DNA of 64,000 nucleotides, from NCBI GenBank assembly GCA_977017575.1, contig CDRNVI010000039.1, forward strand, positions 620,001-684,000, in the 5' to 3' direction. Every line of letters begins with the position of its first letter. Positions within the stretch are counted from its first letter, which is position 1. This document shows, piece by piece, positions 30,407 through 41,655 of this stretch. Source of the stretch: Paramoeba atlantica (Eukaryota; Protista; Discosea). Made by a program: the position numbers and the translations under genes. The notes beneath the pieces are model-generated. The model saw only the letters and a list, made by a program, of their open reading frames with translations, was not told where the DNA came from and did no database searches.

Positions 30407-33400
30407 TCACGCAGTTTCAAGTTCAGACTCTAAGCGAAGCAACTTGTACATCTCGACCGCACCCTGAAGTTTCTGGTTCTCCACTTCAAGCTTACTTCGT
30501 TTATCCATTTCTGAGTTAAGTGCAAACTCAATCATGCGGCTCATTCCTACCTGTTGTTTAAACTCATTGAAAACCACGTTATGAAATGTAATATAAATAC
30601 CCATTAGCTTGTTGCTAAATTCATCGACAGATTTGTAGCGTTCCTGATGCTCCTCGGTTTCCAAAGCAAAGCGATTTAGAAAATGGCTCTTGTCGATTTT
30701 TCGCACGTCCTGTAGGTTCTTCGAAGACTGCGCTTCGATTTCTTCCAGTTTTTTGCTGTGTAGTTTCCTGAGATAATCCACTTTTTCTGAATGTGTTGAT
30801 GACATACGCATGTTCCATGTTTGTGTCGAAATATTAAAGCTTTGTATCCAAGTGTTTTCTACCGCTGAATTCCAAGCAAGGAAAGTTGCCGAAAACAGTT
30901 CCAAATATCGGGGAGTTGTTTCTTGAAGGGAAGCTAATGTCTCTGATCGACGCTCTGCAATATTCTGAATTTTTTGCTTTTGGCGCGCATGCTGAGATCC
31001 TAAAGCATCCATCTCAGCAGCGTATCCTCGCGTCATTTGTGTAATACGAGTTTCATATTCTTGGGCTTTGAGTTTTAGTAAAATTCTATCGCATTCTTGC
31101 ACTATACTTCCACGTTCAAGTGCGTATTGATAATGCGCAACAAGTCTTTCATCTTGCTCTTGACCTTGCATGCGTTGAATTTCGAATGTGTGCTCCTCGT
31201 TTAATACCTGGGACTCTTCAATATAAACAACAAGTTTTTTAGAATACTCTTCAGAACTCTGCGCACGACCTTCTGCCCCCATCAAAAGTGATTGCCACTT
31301 TTTCTCAGAAGCGCTAAAATCATCGAGTGAGCGTTTCTTATCTGCTTCAAAATGATCATTAAGATTCGTGCGCTGTTCTTCAAGCTTAAAAAGATTTTCA
31401 TTACGAGTTGCTTCACTAGCCTGTTTAAAAGCATTTTCTAGTTCTCCGCGCTGCAAACAAATCTCTGCGCTGGAATTATAAAGAATCAGCTTCTGGCCTG
31501 ATAGGAATTCTTGGCAATCATGCCTATTTAACATATTACTGTCATACAAACTAACAACTTCGTGTTGTTCGAGTTCATGATGCACTATTCGGAAATATTC
31601 ATCCAAATACAGGGCCTCTAAACGACGACGTTCCTTTGCTTCATCTACAAGGAAGGAATAGAGAACTTCGCATTGACGTTTCTCTTCAGAAACTTTTCCC
31701 AACCGTTTCAGCATGCCTTCGAGTTGACTCTCTTTGTCTCTATCTAGTTCATGCATACTAATTTCCGCTTCTTTCAGCCGTGTTTCATAATCGTCGCGTA
31801 TTCCATGTAATCGCTCATTATACCGATCCACCGTAGAGACTACTATCTTACTTGCCATACTGGTGCTCGTCTCGATAATCTGTCGACAATATTCCTCGAA
31901 GGAATGCAAATCTTTTCTGGAATCTGATTCCAAAGCCCGTAGATTAGAGATGTCTTGGATAACACTATCTTTAAACATCTTCTCAGTGCGTTCCTGATAC
32001 TGCGAGAATAATGTCCGGTACGAATTGCAGAGCGATTGGTGAAGTCCTTCGTAAGCTGCATATTGTAGCTTATACCGTTGATTAAACATATCAACTTTTC
32101 GTTGCAAAAAGAGAGAATTCTGGTCAATAATTCCATCAAATTTGATCTGCATAGCAGCTAGCTCCGCTTCATTCTCAGATTCCAAATCATTCAAAAATGG
32201 TTTCACGCAGCGTTGGTCGAACGATATGAAATCATTAAGATTCCTATTGAGTGCTGCTTCTAGATTGGCATTCTTGATGTGGTTGTCCGCAAGTTTTTCC
32301 CGTAGCCTTTTTTCGGTTTCCGTAGACATTATCTCCCTTTGTTTCAGGTTGTCGATAAGAAGGAAGTCGTGCTCTCGTACGACTCCAAAAGACGGAAAAA
32401 TAGTTTGTTCAAACAGTTGATACTTTTTGCTCATGGCCACAGCCTGCTCATTTAAAATTGCTGAAGTTGCATCTCTCATGTTCTTCGACTCAACTTGCAG
32501 AGAAGATTTCTCAGCATTAATTTTGTGACCCATTGTTTTCATTTGTTCATTAGCGCGGTTCATTTCCTCCTGATAACCATTGGAAAGTCCTTGAAGCTTT
32601 ATGAAATGTGCGGAATATTCACAAAGCATACCAGTCGATATAGCGTATCTTTCGTCCGCAAATTCTCGAAATACCCTTTCCCTGTTTTGATGCTCTTCCG
32701 AAACACAAGCACTAAGTCTTTGCAAATGAGAATTGTCTTCGTTCTTTTCCATGGTGCCTGTCTTTTCTTCAAGAGAAGATACTTTATCTTCCAACATTGT
32801 ACATTCTCTAGTTAGCTCCACACGTAGCTCGGTAAGGGCCGCTTCGTTTTCTTCTCGAATTCGTCTTATTTGCGTATCATGCTCTTCGTTCATCATTATA
32901 ATTGGATTACTAGAACCTGACAAACCGTTCCCCGTCTGGGAATCATACTCAACGGATTCACCCCTGTTCCTTGTGTTGCCTTTGAGCTTGGCAGATTCTT
33001 CAATCCATTTTCTGCGAAGATCTTTGGTTGCATCGGCAACATGCCTTTGAATAACGGCCTTACTATGCTGCGCGAGAGAGGTTGTAAATGCCGACGTCAT
33101 GTTTGCAATGGCCGACCGCGTGCTCGTACCATATTCAAGTGCAACCGCCCGCAACGATGCCTCCATTTCAGCGGCTCGCTCAAATCCTATTGTGGAATGT
33201 GACTTCTTGTAATCCTCAAGATCGTTTACCTGTCGGCGCAACCGTGCTATTTGGGCTTCTTGCTCTTCTATTTTTTCAGTAAGCGATCCTTGCTTTTTCT
33301 TCAGTTCCTCATTTTCTTTGGAAAGTGCAACATCTTGCGCATAGTACTTTTCTTTTGCATTTTCTATATTTTCACTTTGAACAACTCCATGTGATGAAAT

Positions 33401-34990
33401 ATTCGTGTGCTTTTGCATTCGTCTAGAACTTTTAAGATTTATTGTAGCACCACTCACGGTGCTGGAAGTATCAGAAATAATTTCGTTCATCTCATTTCGA
33501 AGTTTCCTTGTTATAGCCTCTCGCGCCTTCCTTTCGTCATCGGCTTTTCTTTTGGCCTCATTGCAAAGCTGTACTAAATTTTGGTACCTTTTTCTGAGAT
33601 CTTCAAGCTCAATATTAAGTTTCTTGTCGCTTCCGTGTCGAGCACTCACTGAGTCCTCCTCCGGGGTTTCGAATCGCAGACGTCGGGCACCAGGCTCTAA
33701 AGATGAGTTCGGGCTCTCTATGTAAGACGCCTTTTCCGACCTGGCAGACAGCGAGAGTGCAGGAGATCCACGAGAAAGTTCATCGGCCCGGTTTCGTCTC
33801 CAAGGGGTCGAAATACCCTTTGACTGTGCTTGGACAACCGATAATTGTCTACGTAGCCGTTCAATAATGGCTAACAATTCCTTGATGCGTCTTTCGTACG
33901 GGTCCTCGTTAATCACACACATGTTAATTATTTCCCTTGCTCGGGAGGCGTAGCGTAACGTGTTTGTTGTTTCCTCAACGCTTATTGAGGCTGGTGAAAT
34001 AGCTGCTATCATGCAGGTCTTACTGTTTCCGCCGAAGGAGTCGGAAAGTATCCAAGTCAAAAGAGATTCACGATATGGTGGAATGAGGGCAGATCTACCC
34101 GATGAATGATCAGCAAGAGCATCAATGACGCGACCCAGTGTGGTTAAACTCAAATTTATCTTTGTAGCTTCTTTAAATTGAATGCCTTCGGCCCCAGAAA
34201 CGTAGGTTCGTTCCGACCCAGCCAAGTCTACGAGATGTAGCTTCGACGCGCAACGAGTGCCGTCTTTCCCGCGGCATAGGAAAATAGTAAGTATTGCATG
34301 ACTACGACTGCTGCGTTCGTTAATTTTTGTTGATGCGGTGTGGCGTTCTGCGTTACCAACTCTAAGCAGGTGAAGGATGTCGTGCTTTGTTTTAATACCG
34401 TGAATGCTTAGTCCCTCTACAAATGGGCCAGTCAGAGGATCATTTCTCACTCGCAACTCGCGGTCACTTTTTTCGAGTAAATCCATGACGCGTTCATTGT
34501 AGATTTCTAGGTAAGTACATTGTAGGTGCATACCTGGAGTTTTGGAGCAAGCGTGCTGAAGATCGGTAAATACACGTGGAATAATACCCTGCTCTTCACT
34601 GTTTTCTGGGTCTCCCATCATTGTGTAGGTTTTCCCACTTCCTGTCTGACCGTATGCGAGTATACAAGCGTTATACCCAGCCAAAACGTTGTCCCGCGCG
34701 GGTTCTCCGGCAATTCGATACATGGTTTCCTGAGAAATAAAATCTGTTTGAGGTACATTTGGAATCGACCACAAGCAAGAATCAAAGGTAAACATTTCTC
34801 TCGGTCGGAACTCATAATTGGGGTCCAGGACAATAACATTCGTTGATGACGTTTTTGGCATTCGGATGACTGGGACTGAAAACCCTGTAGAAAGTTCTCG
34901 GTCATGAAAGGGTCTGACACGGACCAGAACTCTGACGGCACTCTCAGTTGCTTCCTCCATTGTTTCCGAGGAATCTGTGCGACTTGCCAT
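30407..34990 (-). CDS. Kinesin with N-terminal motor (kinesin-3-like) and long coiled-coil tail
   Basis: GQTGSGKTYTM, YLEIYNE, SSRSHA, DLAGSER, SLTTLGRVI and GGNSKT motifs. Confidence 0.95.
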   Translation of the reverse strand: MASRTDSSETMEEATESAVRVLVRVRPFHDRELSTGFSVPVIRMPKTSSTNVIVLDPNYEFRPREMFTFDSCLWSIPNVPQTDFISQETMYRIAGEPARDNVLAGYNACILAYGQTGSGKTYTMMGDPENSEEQGIIPRVFTDLQHACSKTPGMHLQCTYLEIYNERVMDLLEKSDRELRVRNDPLTGPFVEGLSIHGIKTKHDILHLLRVGNAERHTASTKINERSSRSHAILTIFLCRGKDGTRCASKLHLVDLAGSERTYVSGAEGIQFKEATKINLSLTTLGRVIDALADHSSGRSALIPPYRESLLTWILSDSFGGNSKTCMIAAISPASISVEETTNTLRYASRAREIINMCVINEDPYERRIKELLAIIERLRRQLSVVQAQSKGISTPWRRNRADELSRGSPALSLSARSEKASYIESPNSSLEPGARRLRFETPEEDSVSARHGSDKKLNIELEDLRKRYQNLVQLCNEAKRKADDERKAREAITRKLRNEMNEIISDTSSTVSGATINLKSSRRMQKHTNISSHGVVQSENIENAKEKYYAQDVALSKENEELKKKQGSLTEKIEEQEAQIARLRRQVNDLEDYKKSHSTIGFERAAEMEASLRAVALEYGTSTRSAIANMTSAFTTSLAQHSKAVIQRHVADATKDLRRKWIEESAKLKGNTRNRGESVEYDSQTGNGLSGSSNPIIMMNEEHDTQIRRIREENEAALTELRVELTRECTMLEDKVSSLEEKTGTMEKNEDNSHLQRLSACVSEEHQNRERVFREFADERYAISTGMLCEYSAHFIKLQGLSNGYQEEMNRANEQMKTMGHKINAEKSSLQVESKNMRDATSAILNEQAVAMSKKYQLFEQTIFPSFGVVREHDFLLIDNLKQREIMSTETEKRLREKLADNHIKNANLEAALNRNLNDFISFDQRCVKPFLNDLESENEAELAAMQIKFDGIIDQNSLFLQRKVDMFNQRYKLQYAAYEGLHQSLCNSYRTLFSQYQERTEKMFKDSVIQDISNLRALESDSRKDLHSFEEYCRQIIETSTSMASKIVVSTVDRYNERLHGIRDDYETRLKEAEISMHELDRDKESQLEGMLKRLGKVSEEKRQCEVLYSFLVDEAKERRRLEALYLDEYFRIVHHELEQHEVVSLYDSNMLNRHDCQEFLSGQKLILYNSSAEICLQRGELENAFKQASEATRNENLFKLEEQRTNLNDHFEADKKRSLDDFSASEKKWQSLLMGAEGRAQSSEEYSKKLVVYIEESQVLNEEHTFEIQRMQGQEQDERLVAHYQYALERGSIVQECDRILLKLKAQEYETRITQMTRGYAAEMDALGSQHARQKQKIQNIAERRSETLASLQETTPRYLELFSATFLAWNSAVENTWIQSFNISTQTWNMRMSSTHSEKVDYLRKLHSKKLEEIEAQSSKNLQDVRKIDKSHFLNRFALETEEHQERYKSVDEFSNKLMGIYITFHNVVFNEFKQQVGMSRMIEFALNSEMDKRSKLEVENQKLQGAVEMYKLLRLESELETA

Positions 34991-35318
34991 TTAGATAGAA
35001 TGGAATAATGTAAGGAACTTAACAACTAGTAAACTTCAAAGCCCCAATCAATTTAAAGAGAAATAAAACAGAAGCATATTTTCAGAAAGGTGCATGTTTT
35101 ACGATACAAACTAGGCCAACTATTCCCTCTGTTAATTCGAAACATCAAAATCATATGTGGAAATATTCTCTTTTTTGGGCATTGCCTCTTGTGAATGCAT
35201 TGCCGGCGGCAGTATCGGAATTGCAGGTAAGGAACCATTGGCAAGTATACCCTGTATCACAAGGAAGAATGTTGTGATGCAGGTACTGTTCTATAGTAGA
35301 ACTTAATGTAATAGACTA

Positions 35319-36830
35319 TTAGACAGTGAATGACACTTGTCGTACAGGAATGTCTCTCCACCCTTTTTCCTTTATCTGCTTCATGACCAAAGGAGCCAGT
35401 ACAGGGCTCGGCGAGACTTCAATTATTGACTGAACGTTGGCAGCCTTGGGGTCCAATAAGAAATCTATTGTGTCACTCCACTGAACTGCGGACGAAAACT
35501 GTGCCAATAAGGTGGTACGAATAAGATCCGAAACCTTTTTACTAGGGGAGGGAAGCGTAGTTGGTGGGTACCCAGCCCTTCCCGCGTTCCACTGCTCTCC
35601 AACATTGGCCATACGCAAGCACTCACATAGATCCGAGACGAATTCATCGTCACACGACATAGGTTTTCCCATAATATTAGGAATGGTACGTAAATAGTTC
35701 GATTTCTCACACGTTGACTCATCCATGCATCTATCTAGAATCTCTTGAAAAGCAGTGGTGCCTCTTCTAAACACGGAACTGTGGAAAGGAAGGTACGCCC
35801 CCTCCAGGGGCTTAAACCACGGTCTCCTCTTCAACCCATCCCGTGCCAGCCCTTCTCTTCCTAACGTAGCCTCAATTATCTCCGGGGGCACAATAAATCC
35901 CACGTTATCCAAGAACGGATTCGCCGGAACGCCCATATGAAAAAACTTGTTTTTTCGTTTCGCCATTTTCGGACTCCCCGGTTGGTACCTTTCCTGCTCC
36001 CTCGCTTGCTCATACGCCGCCCGAAGCCGTGGCAACTCCACCGCATCCTGCTCCACCTCCCGCAGTGCTCTCTCCAACACCGCCTCCACCGTCTCCCTCA
36101 CCCCCACCCCCTCCTCCTCCCCCTCCCTCCCCTCCCTCCACTTCGGATCCAGCACCTTCCCCAGCACCGCCAACCCCTTCACGGTGCCCGTCACCAGGTA
36201 CTGCTGATGGGCCACATTATACCCCACCACCTCCAGCACCTCCCCCGTCCCCTCCATCAGCGGCCTCGACAGCCCCTCCACGAGCCCCAGCAGTGTGCTC
36301 TCCGAGAGCCCACACCGGGCCGCGCTCACCGCGTAGACCCGAAACGGGGTCTCCCCATTTGAGTCTCGCGGGACGGTTTCCTCCATCAGCCATCCCCGTT
36401 CGTAGGCCAGGGATAGCGCCTGGGGGAGCGAGAGTGCGTTCGCGGCATAGAGCGAGGCGATCTCCCCGAGGGAGTGGCCGGCGAGATAGGTAGTGCTCGG
36501 GTCGACGGCTCCCTGGTGGAGGAGCTGCTGCCAACAGGCCGCGTGGTAGGCGACCAGGGCGACCTGGGTGAACGGGGAGAAGTGGAGCGCGGTGGGGGGG
36601 TGGGTGATCTTGCGGAGGGGGCCCCCGGCGGGGTGGAGGCAGTGGAGGGCGGGGGTGGGGGTGTTGACGAGGGTGCTGAGGTCGAGTTGGTAGTGGTCTT
36701 TGAGAAAGTCCCGGGCGGATTGCCAGGTGGTGGCGAAGGGGCTTTTGGGGGGGAGGCGGGAGAGGAAGGAGGCGCCCATGCGGTGGCGTTGGGAGCCTTG
36801 GCCGCTGAAGAGAACGGCGTGGGTGGGCAT
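35319..36830 (-). CDS. Stand-alone acyltransferase resembling the MPT domain of fungal/CMN type-I fatty-acid synthase
   Basis: FSGQGSQ, FTQVAL, AGHSLGE, ERGWLMEETVPRD, YNVAHQQYLVTG, LPFHS, IPNI and LLAQFSSAVQW. Confidence 0.8.
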   Translation of the reverse strand: MPTHAVLFSGQGSQRHRMGASFLSRLPPKSPFATTWQSARDFLKDHYQLDLSTLVNTPTPALHCLHPAGGPLRKITHPPTALHFSPFTQVALVAYHAACWQQLLHQGAVDPSTTYLAGHSLGEIASLYAANALSLPQALSLAYERGWLMEETVPRDSNGETPFRVYAVSAARCGLSESTLLGLVEGLSRPLMEGTGEVLEVVGYNVAHQQYLVTGTVKGLAVLGKVLDPKWREGREGEEEGVGVRETVEAVLERALREVEQDAVELPRLRAAYEQAREQERYQPGSPKMAKRKNKFFHMGVPANPFLDNVGFIVPPEIIEATLGREGLARDGLKRRPWFKPLEGAYLPFHSSVFRRGTTAFQEILDRCMDESTCEKSNYLRTIPNIMGKPMSCDDEFVSDLCECLRMANVGEQWNAGRAGYPPTTLPSPSKKVSDLIRTTLLAQFSSAVQWSDTIDFLLDPKAANVQSIIEVSPSPVLAPLVMKQIKEKGWRDIPVRQVSFTV

Positions 36831-37066
36831 GGAGGTTGGGGGTCAGAGGTTGATTTGGGGCAAAGAAGCCGCTAGCAGATCTACCGGGTAAGCTCGCTGG
36901 AATGCCTATTGGGTTTCGCACGTTTGTTTTCGGTCATGTCCCACAGAAAATAAGTACTGTACATCTTTTTTTTGAAGTTTGATACATGAAAGTTCGTCCC
37001 CAAGAAAAAGAAAGCTTCTTGCATTATCTCAAAAAGAGTGGGCCTAGTACAGGAAATACGATATTG

Positions 37067-38842
37067 AGAGGGGTGACTCTGGGTGGGAGCGTCTGGGAGC
37101 GCCCGGGAGCGCCTAGGATATCTTTCGTCGATGTTTTTTTCCTTAGTTTCTCAATATTTTTTGCTTCCATCGGACGATACATAAATCATGTTACTGGAAT
37201 TGTTATTCTGCCGAAACGAGGGTTTCGGCATGTAATACAAGTCAATCTTTTTTAGGCTCTTCGTTAAACGCGGTGGTTGTTTTCAACTTAGAAGTCACTC
37301 ATGCTGCGCGCTTCGCGTTGAAAACTACCGCCGCGCTTAACGAAGAGCCTAAAAAAGAAAATTTAGCCTGGAAAACGGAAAGATTATAGCCAAAAATAGC
37401 CGAATTTCGGGTAAATATGGGGTGATTTTCGCGTATTTTTGCTGTCAGAGTACTAAATCCGATATTTGCGCATGGGAAATCACTCGTAGGCATGAATGAA
37501 AGCCTACCGAACGTATTGGGTAGAGAATGCGACTCCAACCATACCATTCTTTCGACACAAAAATGCCCCTTTAGGTCCGAAAAATACTTTTTCACCTTTT
37601 TTAGTCAAAAATGGGTCATTTTGAGGGGCGCACCACGGTTAGAAGAAGGGATACCTTGCAAAAGCAACTGCGGAGAAAGCTAGTGTAGGTCCCAAACTAT
37701 CAAAACACAATAGGGGAAACGATTTTGGAAAAATATTTTTTTTGCCATTTTTTTCGCCAAGTTGAAATTTTTTTCAAAAAAATTTTTCCGAAAAAATCCG
37801 AACCTGGCGGACCCGTCCTGCGGATACTACCCGGGGGGGTCACCCCCGGGTAGGGGGGTGGAAAATGCGCGCCAAGACCCCGGCTACCCTTTCTGCGGTT
37901 TTTTTTCGAAAACTAATTTTTTCGAAAAAATTTGCTCGACCATGACCCCCCCTGGACCCGCGCCCTGGACCCCCCATTTTTTTCAATTTTTTTTTTCAGT
38001 TTTGGTCCACCGGAGCCCCCTTTTATATTTTTTTCTTCTATTATATTACTGTGTTCCCCTTTATATTTTCACTGTTTTTGTTCACTTTTTTTTCAATAAT
38101 CGAGTGTAGAGCGGTAGTTCTACAACCACCGCAATAAAGCGTCTAACAATCAAAAATACTCGACATTTTACGCACTATAAATTCTTTTTTCCGTATTGCC
38201 TTCCATGGACTTACCTCCGCCTGATGAATCGGATGATCCATACATGGATCCAACATCAGATGTGAAGGAAAGTGAATTCCCAGAATATTGGAGATGGAAT
38301 ACACCCAACGCACGATGGACTCTCAAGACAACGGAGTTGCCTTCGGAGTTATTGTCCATTAACTTGTGCGAATTTCTCGAAAGTCACAATGTAAAGCATT
38401 ATGAGCCTTCACAGAAGGGTCGAGAAATTGTGGCGGAGTGGTTTCGGTCAGTCTGGAGAAGCTTTCGCGGAATCACGGTTGATGATTCCAAGAAAACACG
38501 AGATCGTCACAGACAAATGCGTGAGACTGGTGCACAGAGAGTGTCTCAAGTTGAACGCTTCGAAAAGGATATTTTGTCTCTTCGCTCGGACTTGAATGAA
38601 CTTCGAAAGGAATTTGACTCCCTACACGTTAGTTGCATTTCACTGATCGTATTCATAGCTCGACCATACACTTACCTATCTAAAGCCTCTTTTTCCTCTC
38701 TAACTTTTTGCTGAAAACAATGTCATGTTAGCCCAGCATGTTCGAAGGGGCATTGAGGATTTCGGCCTCTGCGAAAATCATTCCGCCAAGTCGGAGCTCC
38801 GTAGAAGCTTATTGGGAGCGCCTGGGAAGGAGTCACCCCTCT
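37067..38842. mobile_element. Putative non-autonomous element containing the 113-bp palindrome, the GC module and an orphan ORF
   Basis: 13-bp IR AGAGGGGTGACTC (37067) / GAGTCACCCCTCT (38842) with GGGAGCGCC repeats near both ends. No TSD seen. Confidence 0.55.
38205..38714 (+). CDS. Orphan ORF carried by the 37067-38842 element
   Basis: ATG at 38205; Trp-rich N-terminal half and a coiled-coil-like C-terminus; antisense to the host genes. Confidence 0.4.
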   Translation: MDLPPPDESDDPYMDPTSDVKESEFPEYWRWNTPNARWTLKTTELPSELLSINLCEFLESHNVKHYEPSQKGREIVAEWFRSVWRSFRGITVDDSKKTRDRHRQMRETGAQRVSQVERFEKDILSLRSDLNELRKEFDSLHVSCISLIVFIARPYTYLSKASFSSLTFC

Positions 38843-38987
38843 GAGTGAGACCAATATGAACGAACTATCTTACTAAGAGCTTACAAGCGCTCTCACGGCA
38901 CAAAAGCTAAGGGGGGGTGTTATCCTTTAAAGGGCATATAATGTAGTATAAAAGAAAATAGAAGAAGATGAAGTGGAGTGACGGTAA

Positions 38988-40136
38988 TCAATTTTTCCAT
39001 CTCATGAAATATTCAGAGCCTCTCGGAACAACGTGGAATATTGCTACCCATCTAGGCATGACGTATGAACGTTGCTGTAAAACACTCCGAATATCACAGA
39101 ATGTGTTTATCTCTGTATAATTCGTAGATCCAGGGTTGCGATTAAAGACAGCTAGTGAATCAACTTTGGCGTACCTTTTGTCGGTATCCCATGGTGGAGG
39201 ATCACTGAGTATCATTTCCAGGTGGTCACGTAGCGTAGTATCCCAATTGGCAGAACGAACAAAATCACATTGACCGTATTCGTCATAAAGAAACAAGATA
39301 GGAAATTGTCTACAGCCTTTCGTAAGTTCGGAAAGGACGGTCAAACCCTCCGAATGCCAGGGCAAGTTCTCCATATCGGTATCCGCGGTTCTAATTTTGA
39401 GCTCTTCCTGTAGGTATCGGATTAGGCTATTTTCTAATGCTAGTCGTTCTGTGTAGGTACGACTGATAGCAACCTTCTTTCCCTTCTGAGAGTTCAAAAG
39501 ATCTTGTATCTTAGCTTCAATTTTCGAAAACTCTGCCCAATTCTTCTCCCTTTCAAAGACATTTTCGGCGAACTTCAAAGCCTTTTCGTAGCGCCGAAGC
39601 CTAACACATGCCTGAACAGCGCGATGGTATGACTTGATATGCTCGGGATTCATATAAATAGCTCTCTCGGCGTCCAGCAAAGCGGAATAGTTATTTCGGA
39701 GATAAAGATGAGCTTGACTCCTATTGGAGTACAGTGCACACCTAAGTGATCTGCTTGCACCTTCGACAGATAGCGCTTCGGTGTAGAAAGACACGGCTGA
39801 GCGAAAGAGTTCTAAATTTCCTGTTTTAATGCCGACGCTTAAATTCTGATTTCCTGAATTCTTAAGCCTTTCAGCAACATCTTCAGGATTTGTGTCTTCA
39901 TACATGAGATTTGTTAATCCACAGACAGCGGCATTTTCCTCCACGTCCTTGTCAGTTATATTTTCCATAAAGAGTGGCATAGTCTTCCACGCCTCATCGT
40001 CAATCGCGTATCCAGAAGATTTGCTCCAAACCTGATCCAATTCATCTTCTAGCTCTTGTAATCTTCGCAAATCTTTCTCTTCTATTCCAGAAATATTGAT
40101 CCCGAAGGGGCTGCTATTTTCCGAAGACGTGTCCAT
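38988..40136 (-). CDS. TTC4: TPR co-chaperone Cns1/TTC4
   Basis: MPLFM motif, TPRs (LKNSGN...FYTEAL; LYSNRSQAHL...AL.DA) and wheel-domain FPILFLYDEYGQCDF. Confidence 0.85.
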   Translation of the reverse strand: MDTSSENSSPFGINISGIEEKDLRRLQELEDELDQVWSKSSGYAIDDEAWKTMPLFMENITDKDVEENAAVCGLTNLMYEDTNPEDVAERLKNSGNQNLSVGIKTGNLELFRSAVSFYTEALSVEGASRSLRCALYSNRSQAHLYLRNNYSALLDAERAIYMNPEHIKSYHRAVQACVRLRRYEKALKFAENVFEREKNWAEFSKIEAKIQDLLNSQKGKKVAISRTYTERLALENSLIRYLQEELKIRTADTDMENLPWHSEGLTVLSELTKGCRQFPILFLYDEYGQCDFVRSANWDTTLRDHLEMILSDPPPWDTDKRYAKVDSLAVFNRNPGSTNYTEINTFCDIRSVLQQRSYVMPRWVAIFHVVPRGSEYFMRWKN

Positions 40137-40566
40137 CTGTATAGTCTTAATAATGAGTTAAACAATAGGAAATTGACAATGCTGTTCGCCCTTGTAAAGG
40201 TGATATTGCATACAAAAACTGTTCTATGACCATCAAGAAAGTATGGTATTACCGCGAAAAAACGAGACATTTGTATTCTATAACTAACAAAAACTACTCG
40301 GGAACCAATGAAGGGTAAATACAAAGCATTAGAAATATCAAGATAGCATATTAGCTTAGACCTACACAACTTGCATTGTGTTAAAACATTTTTTCCATTC
40401 ACCATAATTCATCATACTAAATTAGTGAACTGTGGAGAACTTTTTTGAAACGCTTTATAGAAACACTCGAATTTGTTACGATTGACCATGATTGTTTTGC
40501 ATTGATATGTTTCGCAATGACAACATCGCACTCAGCTCACTGACTTGTGATACAGCAGTGTAATTT

Positions 40567-41655
40567 TTATACCTTTGGTAAATTTAGAACTGTGGCAGGA
40601 CCACTATCTGCTACTCTATTTGTTTTGCCGTGAACTCGTTTTTCGTTCCTGTGATGTTTTTTGCGTGCTTTTGCATTTTCTTCCGCAAGATAAGCTTCGG
40701 AAGCGACTTGCTCCTCTTCTCCAGTACAAATATCTAGAACGGGAACAATCCTACAGACTCGTTCTCTTTCCGTCCCTGTAATACTTCGGTGCAAATCTAC
40801 GAGGGTTTCGGCTGCTTTGGAAGTTTTCATGTATAAATAAGTGATACCGGACTCTCCATCTTCGCGCACGTACGAGACTCGGCATTGATCACCTCCGATC
40901 TCTGATAACACACTTTTAATCTCTCGCCAACTAACCCCCGGTGGTCCCTTCAAAACTTTTAGTATTGAACCCGTCTGTACAAACTTGAAAGGCCTTGGAG
41001 TTGAGGACTTCGCATTCGTAGCCTCGCCACCGTGTATAAGAACCTCTCGTTTATGTTTTAGAAAACGAGCTTCAGCTAATTCAGATTTCTTCTCATCATA
41101 GTCGGAAAAGAAGTCAACGTGAAGTCTGGGGACGAAATGATCTCCAATATTGTTCAGTTTCCCGAACGAAGGTTTAGCATTGACACATTTTTTCGCCTCT
41201 TCTACTGTAGAAAATTGAATCAGCATTGTAGGACGTATTCGCTGACTCGATTGACCTGTGTTTCTGTCATATTCTGTGAAAATCTTCTTTTCCACTTTTT
41301 CAACAACACCATAAACGGAGAAGAAATTTTTTATTTCTTTGTCTGTCGTATCAGGATGGATAGGTTTCACAAAGAGTGTCCGATGTACTGGATTGTCTTT
41401 TTCAAGGAGTGGATCTTTTCTTCGAATAGCGGTTCCTTCCTGATTTACCTCCAATGTTTCGCCAAGCTGGCGGGCTGCCTCCAATACTTCATCTACACTT
41501 TCACACAATTGCATCACATCTGGAAAGGTAAGAAAATGTGATATCAAAATCCAACCCTCATTTCTTTGCGTCATAGCTCTCCAAGCAGCATGTGCGGAAT
41601 CAAAGAGGTACTCGTCGGAGAATAAGTTCTGCAGAAAATCACTGAGATCGGTCAT
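40567..41655 (-). CDS. La-motif + RRM RNA-binding protein (La/LARP family)
   Basis: FSDEYL...GWILISHFLTF...LEVNQEGTAIRR, then RRM RTLFVK...IQFSTVEEA and a basic C-terminus. Confidence 0.85.
   Translation of the reverse strand: MTDLSDFLQNLFSDEYLFDSAHAAWRAMTQRNEGWILISHFLTFPDVMQLCESVDEVLEAARQLGETLEVNQEGTAIRRKDPLLEKDNPVHRTLFVKPIHPDTTDKEIKNFFSVYGVVEKVEKKIFTEYDRNTGQSSQRIRPTMLIQFSTVEEAKKCVNAKPSFGKLNNIGDHFVPRLHVDFFSDYDEKKSELAEARFLKHKREVLIHGGEATNAKSSTPRPFKFVQTGSILKVLKGPPGVSWREIKSVLSEIGGDQCRVSYVREDGESGITYLYMKTSKAAETLVDLHRSITGTERERVCRIVPVLDICTGEEEQVASEAYLAEENAKARKKHHRNEKRVHGKTNRVADSGPATVLNLPKV

Noticed and set aside
35980-36860. GC-rich segments as chimeric assembly, contamination or bacterial HGT
   Set aside because: The composition changes mid-ORF with the frame intact and recurs in conserved eukaryotic genes (MYG1, cyclin, helicase).
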